A DNA stretch of 64,000 nucleotides, taken from assembly GCF_009834535.1 (NCBI RefSeq), contig NC_045696.1:68388001-68452000 (forward strand), given 5' to 3'. Of this stretch, positions 38,900 to 53,593 are shown piece by piece. The notes under the pieces were generated by a model. It saw only the letters and a list, made by a program, of their open reading frames with translations, ran no database searches and was not told where the DNA came from. The first letter of the stretch is position 1. Each line of letters opens with the position of its first letter. The stretch is from Camelus ferus. Its lineage: Eukaryota. The translations under genes and the position numbers were made by a program.

Positions 38900-41560
38900 G
38901 GTAAACGCGTGTCCGCGTGCTGGCGACCCCTAGCGATAGCAGGCTCATACACCCGCTGGAGAAGCCGTTGTTTCCACTGCCCTGGTCCGCCGGAATCGAG
39001 TTCAGTCTCTCCTACTGAGGGAGAAACGCGCCTCTGTTCGGGTTGGAAACAAATCTGGGGACGCGTTTGAAGAGAGGTCAAGTCTGACTCATCGCTTTCC
39101 AAGGACAGTTAGTGCCTTCCATCTTCATTAACGTGAATAAAGACCTTGGCTGACTTCTGTCCAGATCGGATTTTTAAGGGCATTGTTTGCTTGGGGAGCT
39201 CATGCCTCTCCCCTCCACTACCAGCCTTTTTGCAAAGGCCGAGCCCGGTCCAGACAGGATGGCCAAAATATCTGTGCTCGGGGACGCGGTCTGCTGGCTT
39301 TGACTGCCGGCCCTTTCTGGAAGGCTGTCGCGAGCTGGGCGCCTGGGGAGCGTCCCTTCTGCAGCTCCTCTTTAGATCTTGATGATAAAACACATCCCTC
39401 TATTTTATTGCATTTCCTAGAAGCTTTCAGGCTTGCAAGACCTCTGTTGGCAGGAAATATGATGGAAATGAAAGTCAGGACATAATGTACCTGAACACCT
39501 CCTCGGTCACCCAAAAGCTACAGCCGGGGCCATCGCATTATCAAATTCGCCTTCATCTACTGTCGTCTCCCCACTCTCCCGCCCCCAGTCAAGAGCGCGA
39601 AGAGTGTTTCTTCCCTAGAACAAAAACAACTGGGCGATTTGACCCTATCTCCCTACCGCCTGACCACCTTGGCTAGACCCGAGCAGCTCATTAGCTGAGA
39701 CGCTGCGGAGAAAGGGAGCGCTCCGGCAGGAGCCCTGATGCGGGTTCCACTGCGGCAGCTCCAGTCTCATTAAAATTCCTCGTCCCTGCCCCCTGAATGG
39801 TGGTTTGCACTTTCAGATTCTCCTTTGGATTTCTCAATGAGTTATTGGAATTGTTAGATTACCAATAATCCAAAAGCCAGTCGGGATCGAGAAGGGGGTA
39901 GGGCGGAAGGCATTCTCCAAATCCGGAGACCGTGTCTAAACTAGGTCAATGGAAAGGAGGGGGCGGGGCGACAAGGGTTGTCGGTTTCAAGTCTTGATGG
40001 AGGGCTCTCTCTAGTGTTAGGCAGAGGTAAAACATGATTAGGTTTGAACTCCCGGAACCACGGGACTCCATTCCAATAAATGCATTTACTTAATTTTAGC
40101 TTCCCTTCCTAGATTCTCACTCCATCCCATATTAAATTTCAGCCTTCGCTTTCACCTTTATCCCGCCGGGCGAAGGGATGAGAAACTGCTATTTTATGAG
40201 GCCAGAGAGTGACCCCGCCTCCGCTGCTTGTTGGAGGCGCGGCGTAGTGTGACGCTACTCGCCAGTTTTAGGACGGGAGTGCAGCCTTAGAGGCTGCATC
40301 TTTCGCTCCCCTATTCCCCACCCCTGGACCCCGAAAATGCCTCTCAGGCCGGGCTACTGAGACCGATTAGGAGATGGCGCCCAGGGGATATAATTCCGAG
40401 GAAGGCTACGGGAAGGCGAGGCAACCTTGGAGCGCGTCTATAAGCGCGCTAGGGTTTTTGCGCCCAGGCCTCTGCCTAATCCCGAAATTTTCTCTACGGT
40501 TTCGGAGAAAACGGATTCGGAAATCCCGAAATCTGGCCAGATTCGGCCTGGCAGCTCCTACTCTAAAGACCTTGGGCGGTAACCGAGCCGAGCTGCGTTC
40601 CCCTTCTAGCCAACGTAGGCAGAAGGGGCTTTCGGTTTAGTTTTCCTCCAACTCGACTGGGGCGCGCTGGATGGAGACCCTCAGCCCCAGGGATTCTTAT
40701 CTTTTAGACTTTGAGGCCTCGCCTAACCACCCCCTTAAAAAAGGAATCCCGGGGTGGGGGAGCAAAACGAGAGAAAGGGAGAGAAAAAAAGACTCATCAG
40801 GCAAACAAACTCTGGAATTGGGCAACTTGAAGTCATGAAATAAGTCTGGGATTGGACCCAAATTCCTGGGTTCTAGGCTGGCTGTGCGACTAACTTGTCT
40901 GACTCTCCCCATTTGTAAAATTGTTGTGGGGGAAAGGTTGGACTAGGCGAACTGTGAGAGCCCTGGACGGGGCGCGGACGAGGGATTTAGGGGAAAGTGT
41001 GCCCTATTCCCCGCGAGCCTCCCCGGGCGCTCCCCGCCCCACCCCCCGGGTGAATCCCCGGCGGCCAGCGCGGCACAGGCAGCGATCCTGGCTGCCGTCT
41101 GGGCCGATAGCTTCCTGGAAAGTTATTTGTCTTTGGAGCCGGCGATAGGCAGAGACTGTTCTGTGAAATCTGCTGAGTTGAGATCGACTACGTTCCGGGA
41201 ATGAGAGGGCTGTGCCATTCCCCTCACTGCCCCCTGCCTTGACGGCGTAACAGGAAAAAAAAAAAAAAAAAGGCACACACAATGTTAGCTACCGAGGTGC
41301 ACGAAAAGTTTTATTTGAATGTTACCAAATTAAGGGCTGCCACCGGCGTACCGCCCGGTCTCCGCCGCGCCTACGGGGGCTTGGAGGTGGACGAGCAGTG
41401 GTGCTGGCTACACGCCCGGGGGTGGGCGGTCCCTGGCAGACAGGTATGGTGTGGTGAGGGGTGGGCGAATCCTTGGATCCGAGCCGGCTCGCCGGGGCTG
41501 CAGGGCTCGGGTTTGCGCCTTTGTGTGTGAGCGGAGACAGGGGCTGCCTATGGAGGCGGG
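38900..41560. promoter_or_regulatory. intronic CpG-rich island(s) in intron 1
   Basis: Dense CpG, especially 38900-39350, 40140-40670 and 40940-41560. Contains TTCCTAGAA 39414-39422, TTCCTGGAA 41112-41120 and TTCCGGGAA 41193-41201. Confidence 0.75.
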
Positions 41561-42454
41561 GGAGGGGGGCGGGAAGGATGGGGTTGTTTGTATTGGCTGG
41601 CTCCCTCTTTTTCCTTCTCACTCTTTTCTCATCTCTTGTCTCTCTTCCTCTCTTTTCTGCTGTCTTCTCTTCTTTGTCTTAAGGGGAAGGTCCCTCTTTT
41701 TTCTCCTCCGGTCCCTCTAAAGGATCTGCCTTCTCAGGTGCCTCACTGAAAATACAGGGGGAAAGCGCCAAGGGAGAAAAAGTGTGTGGGGGTGGAAAAG
41801 ACCATGTTTTACTCTCACTCGGTGGCACTGTGGCTGCGGCTGGGATGGGGTCGGGGAAGGCCAGGTCTGGGCTCTTCCAGTTGTCAGCTTCTCCTTGACA
41901 GCTCTGCTCTCTTGGTTGTTTTCGTGGAACACTGGTGGGGTAGCTGAAACTAGGAGACACAGTTCGTCCCGGGCTTTGCTTGGCATTAGTTCTGAGACCT
42001 TGGGCAAGACTTACCCCCTGGAGCCTCAGTGTCCTCCCAGTAAATTGGGGCTGTTATGAGGATCAGATACAATAATGGATGGAAAAGAGCTGAGTGGTCT
42101 GTGGAAAACAAATCAAATGATCCCAGCTCACCATCTGTAGAGAGAGGTGCCATTACCCACCCACCATAACCCATGTACTCACTACTTGTGGGATCTCCTA
42201 AGACAAAGCTAGCTTAAGAAGGAGTGGACTTAATAAGGGCATGGGTCTTAGTGAATGTGCATTTGTTTTTGGTGAAGCCAGGCAGAGGTTTAGGGTGGAA
42301 AGTGCCCAGCCCAGAGCCTGGCTGACAGTGGACCCATGGGAATTATTTTGTTTGTTTGTTTCAATATGCATCTAGAGTGAGTCATTGCCACTTGTCAAGG
42401 TGAAATGGCAAATCTGGGCTTCCTGTGGTTCCAAAACTCTGAGACTGGAAATCC

Positions 42455-42861
42455 ACAAGCGAGATGGTGGTTGAAGTTGGTTCAAGGACAGCCTTAGGTA
42501 CTCCAGAAGTGTAGAAGGATCTCTTCTAAGGGGGAAGAGGAGAAGGTTTATAAATAAACCTCACATGTGTCTTCAGCATTCTTTTCCCAAGGAGATAATC
42601 ACTGAACTTTAGCTAAGACCAATTTAGCGTATCTCTCTTTTCCCATCATAAATTAGGATGGGGAGAGGAGGAAGTAGGTTCTTTCATCTTTTTTCTATCC
42701 TCTCCCTTCCCCTATCTCCTTCCCCCACCCTCACTCACTCACATGCACACATTAACCTTGAAGCCGATGAGATTGAGTGACTGGCACTTGGGACCACAGA
42801 GAAATGTCAGAGTGTTTGGTTACAGACTCAAGGAAACCTCTCATTTTAGAGTGTTCATTTG
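42455..42861 (+). other. BCL6: BCL6 alternative non-coding first exon (1B)
   Basis: Resembles the recalled human alternative leader (ACAAGCGAG... CACTCACTCACATGCAC ... CTCATTTTAGAGTG..CATTTG). Strong donor TTG|GTAAGA at 42861/42862. Start is approximate. Confidence 0.75.
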
Positions 42862-44020
42862 GTAAGACTCAGCAGCCTGGAATGGGGGCAAAGTGTTTGT
42901 GTGGGGGAAGGAACTTAAAAATGAGATTCACCCACATCAGGGTGCTGTCTTGCATGTTCTACAGCACGTAGGCTGATTTGGAACAGGGACAGGAATTTGA
43001 GCCAGGAGACCTAGGGCTGGGCCACTCACCATCTATGTGGCCCAACATGACCTCCCTGGCCTCAGGCCCCTTTACCCGGGAAAATAGTGCTAAAGGACTA
43101 CACTTTAAAAAAGGCAGGGGTTGGAGTGGGGTTCAAATATTGTTTGGTTTGCAGCCCACGTATGATCATAAATGAGAGTCTTTCACCTTTGCTTTGAATT
43201 ATTTTGTTTTAGAGAACCCAGTTGGGAGAGGGTCCGTATTTCCTCAGTGCTCCCTGACCTGTTCTCCGCAAAACTATGCAGTTAAATCTTTCACCAGCAG
43301 GGGGAAGCACAAACTTGGAAGTTTGTAGCAAACTATCTGGTCTTAGACCCAGGAGGGATGAGAGGAAATTTTGAAAGAGAAGGCAAAGATTCTCGAGAAA
43401 AGAGTAGATAAGCCATCTCAGGTTGTATTCTGCAGATTTCTTATTTCGTCTTAAGTGTTTAGGACAGTCCAGAAATCCTGCCTGGCTGTTTGTTCTGAGC
43501 AAGCCGCTTGAACCTGAGTCTCAGTTTTGTCACCAATGAACCAGGGATAAAGATATTGACCCTGTCAGGTTTTGGAATCATTCTAAGACTTGAAAGATAA
43601 CATTTTAGCAGGTTTTGAAAAGCTGCCAGAGTTTTTAGACCCCTGTAGGATCACTCTCATTAATATTGAAAGAATTACTTTTCTTATTTTTTCTTTCCTG
43701 TAAACTCAAGGGCCTTTGGATGGCATACATTTTTTACTTTGAGAGAGGAAATAAATGTGTATAGGTATATGTAATTAGTGTATGAAGTTGTATTCCCAGT
43801 ACTCAGGGTAAAAACATTATTATCGCATAGCTTCGGGTGCCTGTTGTTTCCATAAGAGCCAAGCTGGAAAAAATGTTTGCTAGCTTGTGGTAAAACCGCA
43901 CCAGCTGGCAAGCTGCAGCTATCAAAGTAAAACTAAATATGTGTGTCCTAAAATAAGACTATAGTGGACAATCTTACATTCATTAAATCAATTTCTGTTT
44001 TCTTTTTCTCTTCCCTGCAG

Positions 44021-44059
44021 GTTTTAAGCAAAATTTTGGACTGTGAATCAAGGCATTGG
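44021..44059 (+). other. BCL6: BCL6 non-coding exon 2 (39 nt)
   Basis: Long pyrimidine tract plus CTGCAG| acceptor at 44020; donor TGG|GTAAGT at 44060. Sequence GTTTTAAGCAAAATTTTGGACTGTGAATCAAGGCATTGG matches the BCL6 leader. Confidence 0.9.
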
Positions 44060-44427
44060 GTAAGTACATTGAACTATGTGCTTTAAAAAGTTGTGGACAG
44101 ACTGGTTCTTTTGAATTTGCCACCGCACATGTTTCTGTGAATGGTGCCACTTTTCATTAGATGAGATAAAGGAGAACCAATTCCCTCTCCATCACACCCA
44201 GCCCTTACCCCTTTGCCGTGCATTCAACAATCTTAACATTGCTGTGTGATCATTCCCCTTAATATTGTTGTGTGAACTTGTTTCGTGGTTCACGTTAATT
44301 TGGCACCTGCTATGCACCAGCATGTGCTAGGTGCCTTAAGGTACATGTAGACAATTCTGAAGGCAAATAGAGGAGAGAGAGATGGTGGCTGGGATCATGA
44401 AATGAGATACTGATGAGAATAGCTGAG

Positions 44428-44597
44428 TTTTTTTTTAAGCTATTTTTTTTTTTTTTTTTGATGGGGAGGAAATTAGGTTTATTTGTTTGTTTGTTTGTTT
44501 TAATGGAGGTACTAGGGATTGAACCCAGGACCTAATGCATGCTAAGCATGCTCTACCACTGAGCTATACCAACCACCACCTCCCCACTCCCACCCCA
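44428..44597 (-). mobile_element. tRNA-derived SINE in BCL6 intron 2
   Basis: Same head, poly(T) tail on + strand, perfect TSD AATAGCTGAG at 44418-44427 and 44598-44607. Confidence 0.9.
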
Positions 44598-45061
44598 AAT
44601 AGCTGAGATTAATGAGAATCTACCATGGACCAAGCATGAAGCTCTGATTTTTACAGCCACGTAGGAATTACTACTCCCAATTTGGGAAACCAAAGCCCAG
44701 AAACAGTAAAACAATCTGCTCCAAGTTACACAGCCTGCAACAGGTATGGCCAATGTGCTAACCTTCAAAGCATAGCTTCTCTCCCCGGTCACACATTCAC
44801 TGCCTCCCAGTGCCGGCAGAGTGTTTGGTATGTGGGAAAAACATTCAACAGATCTTCATTTCCTTCGCCTTTCCCCTGTAGGGCTTTCTGTTCCAACTTG
44901 TTGGATAAAGATTGTTCTCTTGATTTTCATACGTGAAGAGTCATGCCCAGAGAAGGGCCATGAGTTGTTTGAAGCACAAACACAAGGGAGCAGACCAGAC
45001 CATCTGCTATCACACTCCTGGTAAGAAGGAAACAGATTCTGAAGGACTAACGGGATTTTGA

Positions 45062-45247
<186 letters not shown>

Positions 45248-45929
45248 TGAGGGGTCTGGAAGCGAAAGGTGGAAGATGGGTACGAGGCGGGTGGTGGTGC
45301 TGGCTGCCGGTTCTCAGCATCCAGGCCTCTTGCTGTGTGAGGGGCCGAGTCTCATTTGTCCCCAGATCTCTAGCACATGGCCTGGCAGAGTGGGTTCCCA
45401 GGAAGCAAATACACAAACAGACTTTTAGAAAAGAGTTTCTGTTCTATAGGAACAGAACAAGAAGAGATCATACACTGGCTCCACAAAAGGTGTGTTTCGG
45501 AGCAAATGTGGAGAATAACCTCAGTGAACCAGTGAAAAAATGAAACGTGAAAGAGTTTTTAAATGCTTTAAGCAAGTTTATTTGAAATTTTTTGCTCTTT
45601 TATTCTGTGATGGTATTACTTTTTATCACGACTATATTGTCATGGGTGTTTCTGAGCATATGTAAGTTGGTGAATGTGAGCTGGCTAATCCCTCATATTT
45701 GTCAAGTATTTCGAGTGTTCAGGGCAGTTTTATGTTACATCATCTCCCTGGATCTTCACAGCAGCCTGTGTTATGGATGACACATGATTAGCTCCATTTT
45801 ATAGATGATAAAAATGAAAACATGCATAGGGGAACTGAGGTGGAGTCAGGGATCTTGATTGCCCGTAGAGAACTTATTCAACATCTACAACAAGCACTTT
45901 TTTTTTAATAGCAGAGAGAAAAATATTAG

Positions 45930-46090
45930 ATAACACTGAGTGCTAACGGTGTGCCATGCATCATTCTAAGCCCTTTACATCTTCATTCTTGCCATAGCTC
46001 TGTAAGGCAGACACCTGTCACTGCTTAGCAGATAAGGAAACCGAGGTGCAGAGAAGTTAAATATCTTATCCGAGGTTGCACAGCTACTCC
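45930..46090 (-). mobile_element. MIR SINE in intron 3
   Basis: CACTGAGTGCTAAC..GTGCCA...CAGATAAGGAAACCGAGGTGCAGAGAAGTTAA...GAGGTTGCACAGCTA. Confidence 0.75.
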
Positions 46091-46760
46091 CTGGGTCAAG
46101 TCTGACCCACTTCTGGCAATATGCTCAGAAAGAATAGACACGAGATGACAGCCCAGAACTCCGGCCTCTAACTGAGTGCTCTTCCCTCTACCAAACACGT
46201 AGTATCTGGAGGCATGACTTGACGTTGACTTGGCTCTCCTAGAAATACTGACCTTGTGATAGTCTGTGGACTTTTGGAAAATCAGTAGACTGCAGATGTA
46301 GGTGTCACTTTACTTGTCGTCAATACCCAACTCACTTCCTAAAAAATACAATAGGATTTTTAAAATAAGGATAACGTGATGGAACAAGAAGGGAAATGCT
46401 TATTTCAAAGATAGAGACTAAGAATAGTTACTGCAAATGAGTGTTAAATTTAACTCTGGCCATCTATGCAGTTAAGACCAAAAGGGATACAGGTTCTATG
46501 ACTGTGAGAAAAAGCACTTCACCTCTCCGATCTTAGCCTTCCCCATTTATAAAGAAAGAAAAGGATAGAATCTACCTGGCTGTGAGGAACCCAGGATAGT
46601 GTATGTAAAGTGCTTAATGACTCTGGCATTTAGTAAGCTCTCCACAAAGGGCAGCTATTATTAATTGCTATGGAAGTTCTAGGAATTGGTCCAGGGCACA
46701 GGGGCTGAGCATTGATGCTGACAGTAGTTGATGACAGTTTCTATATGTCTGTCATGGTGA

Positions 46761-47003
<243 letters not shown>

Positions 47004-48636
47004 TAAGCCGCCACCCAGACGGAAGCCTTGGAATTGGAAGGGGCCAGAAGAGATGAGAAACTGTTGATAACACACATGTGCAGAAAAAATAATCCTCTGT
47101 GATATGCCACAACCTCCCTTTCCACTATTTTTGCACAGTCACCTTGTCCAGATGTGCCATGTGCATCCCCACTGCTGGCTTCCTCCCCTTCCCCCACCCC
47201 AATCCTGCAAGCCACGTTTGGATGCCAGCTCCTCTGCAGATCTTTGTGCAGTTATCACTTAGGTTTTTCCTCAGCTCTTCAGCTGTGTCTCAGAGCCTTC
47301 TGCCTGTCCTTTAGACCCAGCTTCTGTCTGAACTATTTGCATGCATGTTTTAGATCTCCTTCAGGCTTCCCGTGTAACTATTTACATATGTGCCTTAGTT
47401 CCCCCGCCAGCCTGTGGGTTGCTTTACTCATCTTTTCTGTCATCCTGTTCCTACGAAAGAGGATGTTTATGGTATTAAATTGGGGTCAGGGGGTGTAACC
47501 CCTTACCTGAAGGCTGGTAAGACATGACCATCATTGAAAAGTAGGGAACCTGATAGCCAAAGAAGGCAAGAGCTTTACTAAGTGGAACAGAGACTCAGGC
47601 CTTGACTTCTTTAGAACCATTTGACTCAGCCGCTCCAGGGTGATTGCATCCGTTCTCAAACAAAAATGTTTCCAGCCTCTGTTTGAACATCTCCAGGAGC
47701 CAGGAACTCAGTGTTCCCAGAGCCACGCCATCTCCCTTGGACAGTTTGGAAGCTCCTCTTTGTGGCGAGTTGAAATCTGGCTCCCTTCAGCTTCCGGTCT
47801 TGCTTCTAGCCCTGTTAACTGTGATCGTACTGAGCTGGCCTATTTTTCGCCCATATACTGTTGCTTCCAGTACATGCAGCTGGAGCTGATTGTCTCCTGT
47901 GGGTGATAATGGTGGCAAGATCATCACTGCCGTCATTTAGCAGTACTGTCTCTGGGTCAGGCCTTGTGCTGGGAGCAGTTAAGTAACTTGCTCCAGGTCA
48001 CAGAGCTGCTAAGTGGCACAGCTGGGACTGGAAACCAGGTCTGGCGGCTTCAGAGCCAGGGCTTCCAGCACTGGCCTGTGCTGCCTGTTCTCCAAAGCCA
48101 ACTTCCCCGTGACTCCAGTCAGCACACAGGGCAAGTCCTTTCTTCACAGGACACCAGTTTGACAAGGGCCCTTTGAACACGTGGCACCAGCATTGCATGA
48201 ATTCATCCCTCCCTAAAGCTCAATTTCCATGTGTGTAAAAGGAAGCTAATCAAACCTGCTCTACCTTCCTTGCAGGATTCCGTGGGGGTGAAATGAGATA
48301 AGGGCTCTGAAAGCTTGATATGCTGTAACATCAGAATAATGATAGATAATCATAGATCACACACACACATGCATATGTGACTTATACAAGATCACATCTA
48401 AACAGTCACTGATTGTGTGGATTACTCACTTCCCTTCTCTAGGCTTCGGCTTCCTGACTGTGGGCTAGATTGCTAGATTTTTAGCAGGACTGCCTTGTAA
48501 CTGCAAGTGTTTCCTTACGCCAGGGCCGCATCACCCGTGTCTGCCTGACCCACGCACAAATGTGGTTTCCTAGACCAGTGTCACCTGGAAGGTTCTGATA
48601 TGGGGTTTAGTGTCTTCTCTCTTTTCCCTCTTGCAG

Positions 48637-49608
48637 TGAAGCAGAAATGGTTCCGGCCATCAAGCCTCCCCGTGAAGAGTTCCTGAATGGCCGGATGCTG
48701 ATGCCCCAGGACATCATGGCCTACCGGGGTCGCGAGGTGGTGGAGAACAGCCTGCCACTGAGGAGCGCCCCCGGGTGTGAGAGCAGAGCCTTCGCCCCCA
48801 GCCTGTACAATGGCCTGTCCACGCCACCTGCCTCATACCCCGTGTATAGCCACCTCCCTGTCAGCAGCTTCCTCTTCTCTGACGAGGAGCTGCGGGATGC
48901 CCGGATGCCTGTGGCCAACCCCTTCCCCAAGGAGCGGGCCCTCCCCTGCGATAGTGCCAGGCCGGTCCCCAGTGAGTACAGTCGGCCGGCCATGGAGATA
49001 CCCCCCGGCGTGTGCCACAGCAGCATCTACTCGCCCAAGGAGGCAGCCCCAGAGGAGGCCCGGAGTGACATGCACTACAGCGTAGCTGAGGGCCCCAAGC
49101 CAGCCGCCCCCTCAGCCCGGAGCGCCCCGTACTTCCCCTGTGACAAGGCTGGCAAGGAGGAAGAGCGGCCGTCCTCAGAGGATGAGATCGCCCTGCATTT
49201 CGAGCCCCCCAGCGCACCCCTGAACAGGAAGGGCCTGGTGAGTCCTCAGAGCCCCCAGAAATCCGACTGCCAGCCCAACTCGCCCACGGAGTCCTGCAGC
49301 AGCAAGAACGCCTGTATCCTCCAGACCTCAGGCTCCCCTCCTGCCAAGAGCCCCACCGACCCCAAAGCCTGCAACTGGAAGAAGTACAAGTTCATCGTGC
49401 TCAACAGCCTCAATCAGAACGCCAAGCCCGAGGGGCCCGAGCCGGCCGAGCTGGGCCGCCTTTCCCCTCGCGCCTACGCTGCCCCTCCGGCCTGCCAGCC
49501 GCCCATGGAGCCCGAGAACCTTGACCTCCAGTCCCCAACCAAGCTCAGCACCAGTGCGGAGGACTCCACCATCCCACAGGCCAGCCGGCTCAATAACATC
49601 GTCAGCAG
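48637..49608 (+). CDS. BCL6: BCL6 exon 5, central RD2/PEST region
   Basis: 972 nt, TTGCAG| and CAG|GTGATT. Contains the KKYK acetylation motif (49379-49390) and the proline-directed PQSPQK and PNSPTE sites. Confidence 0.98.
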
Positions 49609-49930
49609 GTGATTGCGGAGGCAGTTGGGCTGGGGGCAGGGTGCCCCGGGCAGGGTTCTGACGGACGCAGGGGCTGTGTTCCTCTCTGGCCTGCAGTGCT
49701 GAGCATGTTGGAGGTGTGGGAGAAAGGCTATTGATTGGATTAGCCTAATAGGGAAGGACATTAAGCGTCAATGTATTTTCATAGCAGAAGAGGTCATTCC
49801 CCTTTGCGGTAGGAGAGCATCCCAAGGACCCCCAAGCTCCTGCAGTCTCAGTGTGGCCGGGGGTCCTCCTGCTTCCACTGGACTGAAGGAGGCCATGGAC
49901 TGCAGAGCTGAGGGAGAAGAAACCGGGCCT

Positions 49931-50059
49931 GGGGCAGGGGAGGGTATAGCTCAGTGGTTGAGTGTGTGCTTAGCATGCACGAGGTCCTGGGTTCAAGCCC
50001 CAGCACCTCCATTTAAAAACAAACAAACAAAAAATTAAAAAAAAAAAAAAAAAAAAGGC
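49931..50059 (+). mobile_element. tRNA-derived SINE in BCL6 intron 5
   Basis: GGGGAGGGTATAGCTCAGTGG...GGTCCTGGGTTCAAGCCCCAG plus poly(A); TSD AAGAAACCGGGCC (49917-49929) / AAGAAACTGGGCC (50060-50072). Confidence 0.9.
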
Positions 50060-50265
50060 AAGAAACTGGGCCCAGGAGCAAGATCTCAGCTCAGTTTGAC
50101 CCCCGTCAGTGATCTCCAGGTAGGCTTGAGGATGAATATCTCCGTGGCTCCAAATCCCAAGGAAGCCTCTGGGCTTCCCTGAGCACAGGGAGAAGGGATG
50201 GCATTGAGGCCAGGCGGAGCGCATCACCCCGTCCAGCTGCTGAGGCTCTTTCCTCCTGCCCACAG

Positions 50266-50450
50266 GTCCCTGACGGGCTCCCCCCGCAGCAGCAGCGAGA
50301 GCCACTCCCCGCTCTACCTGCACCCGCCCAAGTGCACGTCCTGCGGCTCGCAGTCCCCACAGCACACGGAGATGTGCCTCCATGCTGCCGGCCCCACGTT
50401 CCCCGAGGAGCTGGGGGAGACCCAGTCCGAGTACTCGGATTCCAGCTGTG
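50266..50450 (+). CDS. BCL6: BCL6 exon 6
   Basis: SLTGSPRSSSESHSPLYLHPPKCTSCGSQSPQHTEMCLHAAGPTFPEELGETQSEYSDSSC; CACAG| and GTG|GTGAGT; 185 nt. Confidence 0.97.
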
Positions 50451-51853
50451 GTGAGTCCCTTTCCCTCCCTCCCCTGGCCAGGGGGAAGAAGGCCGCTGCC
50501 TCTGCTCCACAGGGCTTGTGTTTCCCTTTTATGTATGTTGTTGGGAAAAGCCCCCATTGGAAGTCCGTTGGCATCTAAAATCACCAGCCGATCTCCCCAC
50601 TGTTGACCTCGTGGGGAACTAGGCTGACCAAAGCAAGGAACAGGGCATTCCAGTTAATCTGGGGGAATAGAGAACGACCACACTGCCTTTCCAGCTTCCT
50701 TCTAGCAATGGTAGCTGTGGAGCTGGCTATAACCAGCTCCCAGAGCCTCCTTGGTCCCTCTGGACTCTAACTTCTGGTGCTGATCAGCATGCCTGTTAGT
50801 TCACTCTGCTAGGCTGTACATTCTGGAAGGAGAAGTGTCTGGCCTTATTCATCCCCGTGCCTCTGGTAGGGCCTAGCGAGCCTAGCATGGAGTAGGTACT
50901 CAGTTAATGTTGGCTGAACTCAATGAGTTGAACTGAATTATTGAGTTGAAGTTTCTGAGAAGTTGGTGACTGGCACCCCCAGTTTCCCCTCTTCCCCCAG
51001 CTCTGGCTATGGTAGCATAACCCAGTAATACCTATTTAGGGGTCAACCACCATGATGTATCATTTTTAAATTGTTAAAACAAAAGAAGAAAATCAATTAC
51101 TTACATTGAGAGGTTTGGCACAGGTTCTTGGACTGATAGTTGGGTGAGCAGGGACTGTCCCCTCCCGTCCCCCTGGCCATTTGCCTTTGCTCTGCACTCC
51201 AGTTCCTTCTCTCTGGGCCTCTGTTTCTACTTCCACCAGCATCTTTGGTCTCCCTATCTCAGAAGTGTTTGGAAGACACAAAAGTCCAGATAGGTGCAAG
51301 GGTGACCATGGTCATCGTTAATGCCTCCTTCAGTGACCTCAGAGTATCTTTGACTTTGATTCATATCTTACATTCCTACAATGCTTTATGTTGTACAATA
51401 TGCTCCTATGAGGTAGGTGGGGCAGGGCTTTATGATCCTGATTTTGGAGATAGAGACACAGACAGAAACTGTCTTACCCGAAGGCTTCTGTGTATGAATA
51501 TAAATAAAACTATGAACTGATAAGGAAAGTGAGTTCTCAGAGCTCTGGAGAGAAGGAAGTGCCGTGCTGAGTCTTCCTCAAGCTGGTGCAGACCCTGTGG
51601 GTTCCTGTGGGTCTGAGTTTCCCTCCTGCGCCTTAATATTCCAATCTGTGTCCTTTCTCCTCCATGACGGAGACTCTATATGCTCAGAAAAAGAGTCCCC
51701 ACAGGCCCTTTGCTCTGGGCCCCTGTGAACGTAGGGTGGGCAGGGTGCTGGGGGCTCAGTCTGCCACTGGGGGTGGCTGCAGAGGGGAGGGGCCTTGGGG
51801 CCCTTACCTCCCTTCCTTGTGCTGACACTGGTGTCCCCTCCCACCCCCCACAG

Positions 51854-52021
51854 AGAACGGGGCCTTCTTCTGCAATGAGTGTGACTGCCGCTTCTCTGAG
51901 GAGGCCTCACTCAAGAGGCACACGCTGCAGACCCACAGTGACAAACCCTACAAGTGTGACCGCTGCCAGGCCTCCTTCCGCTACAAGGGCAACCTCGCCA
52001 GCCACAAGACCGTCCACACGG
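51854..52021 (+). CDS. BCL6: BCL6 exon 7, zinc fingers 1-2
   Basis: NGAFFCNECDCRFSEEASLKRHTLQTHSDKPYKCDRCQASFRYKGNLASHKTVHT; CACAG| and CGG|GTATGG; 168 nt, frame-preserving if skipped. Confidence 0.97.
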
Positions 52022-52059
52022 GTATGGCCCTGTCCCACCCACCTGAGGCACCTGTCCCG

Positions 52060-52141
52060 CCTCTCTCTGACATTGTGGAAGGGAAAGAGAGCCAAGGTGG
52101 CCCCAGGAAGGGCAGTTAGCTTTGAAATCCAGGGCCCAGGG
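52060..52141 (+). repeat. 82-bp direct repeat, copy 1 (intron 7, 5' end)
   Basis: 71/82 identical, ungapped, to 52976-53057 by hand alignment. Confidence 0.92.
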
Positions 52142-52880
52142 GCAGGATGGGGAGAGGATTTTGGAGAAAGCAGTGTGGGGCTTGGTGCCCGGCCGCAGGG
52201 AGCAGATGCTGTCCTGGCCTGAGCACGGGCCCAGCCCAGTCATGTCTTTCCTTAGTGACTTGTCCACACCCTGTATTCTTTGTCTGTCCTCTGAGATGCT
52301 CTGTCCTGCTTCACCTTTGCTGGGGCTAGAAGTATTAATCCCGCTGGACTGGGGAAGAAACCTAGGCTGAGAGAGGCAAAGTCGGCTTTTATAAAGCCAG
52401 AAAAACACTAAAGGCCTGTTGATCCCCTCTGAGGGCTCGTTCCTTATCGACTCGCATTCCTTTACCAGGTAGCTTCCAGTAACCTAATTGCTGTCCAAAG
52501 TTGACTCTTGGTATTTTAAATGGATCCATTATCCCAGAAATTTTCCATGAAGGAAGGCTCAGTCCTTCTGTTGGTTTCCTCTGTCTGGGAATCTGCTCCA
52601 GCTCAGGCCCCACCTCTCTTGCAAATGGAATCTAGCTGTAGTTGCCACAAGTGGAAAAGCATGTTTGTTCTAGAAGAAACTAGAGCAGCCTGATTATATC
52701 TCTCTGGGGAGTGGGGTGACGGCCGAATCAGTCTCACCCAAGGCGAGAGCTGGAAGAGCCTCCCCAGGTCATCTGAATTCACCCCTCAGCCCCGAGAGAG
52801 GGAAACTGAGGCCCAGAGAAGGAGAGTGGCTTGTCCAAGTCCCACAGTTGGGCACCCCTAACGACAAGCCCGGGTCCTGA

Positions 52881-53593
<713 letters not shown>

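Noticed and set aside
49937..50010. tRNA-like sequence with A and B boxes
   Set aside because: It is a SINE head: poly(A) tail, TSD and diverged copies elsewhere in the window. Not a tRNA gene.
49970..50584. 204-aa antisense ORF and other antisense ORFs over BCL6 exons
   Set aside because: Shadows of GC-rich coding exons; this one runs into a SINE poly(A) tail, giving poly-Phe.
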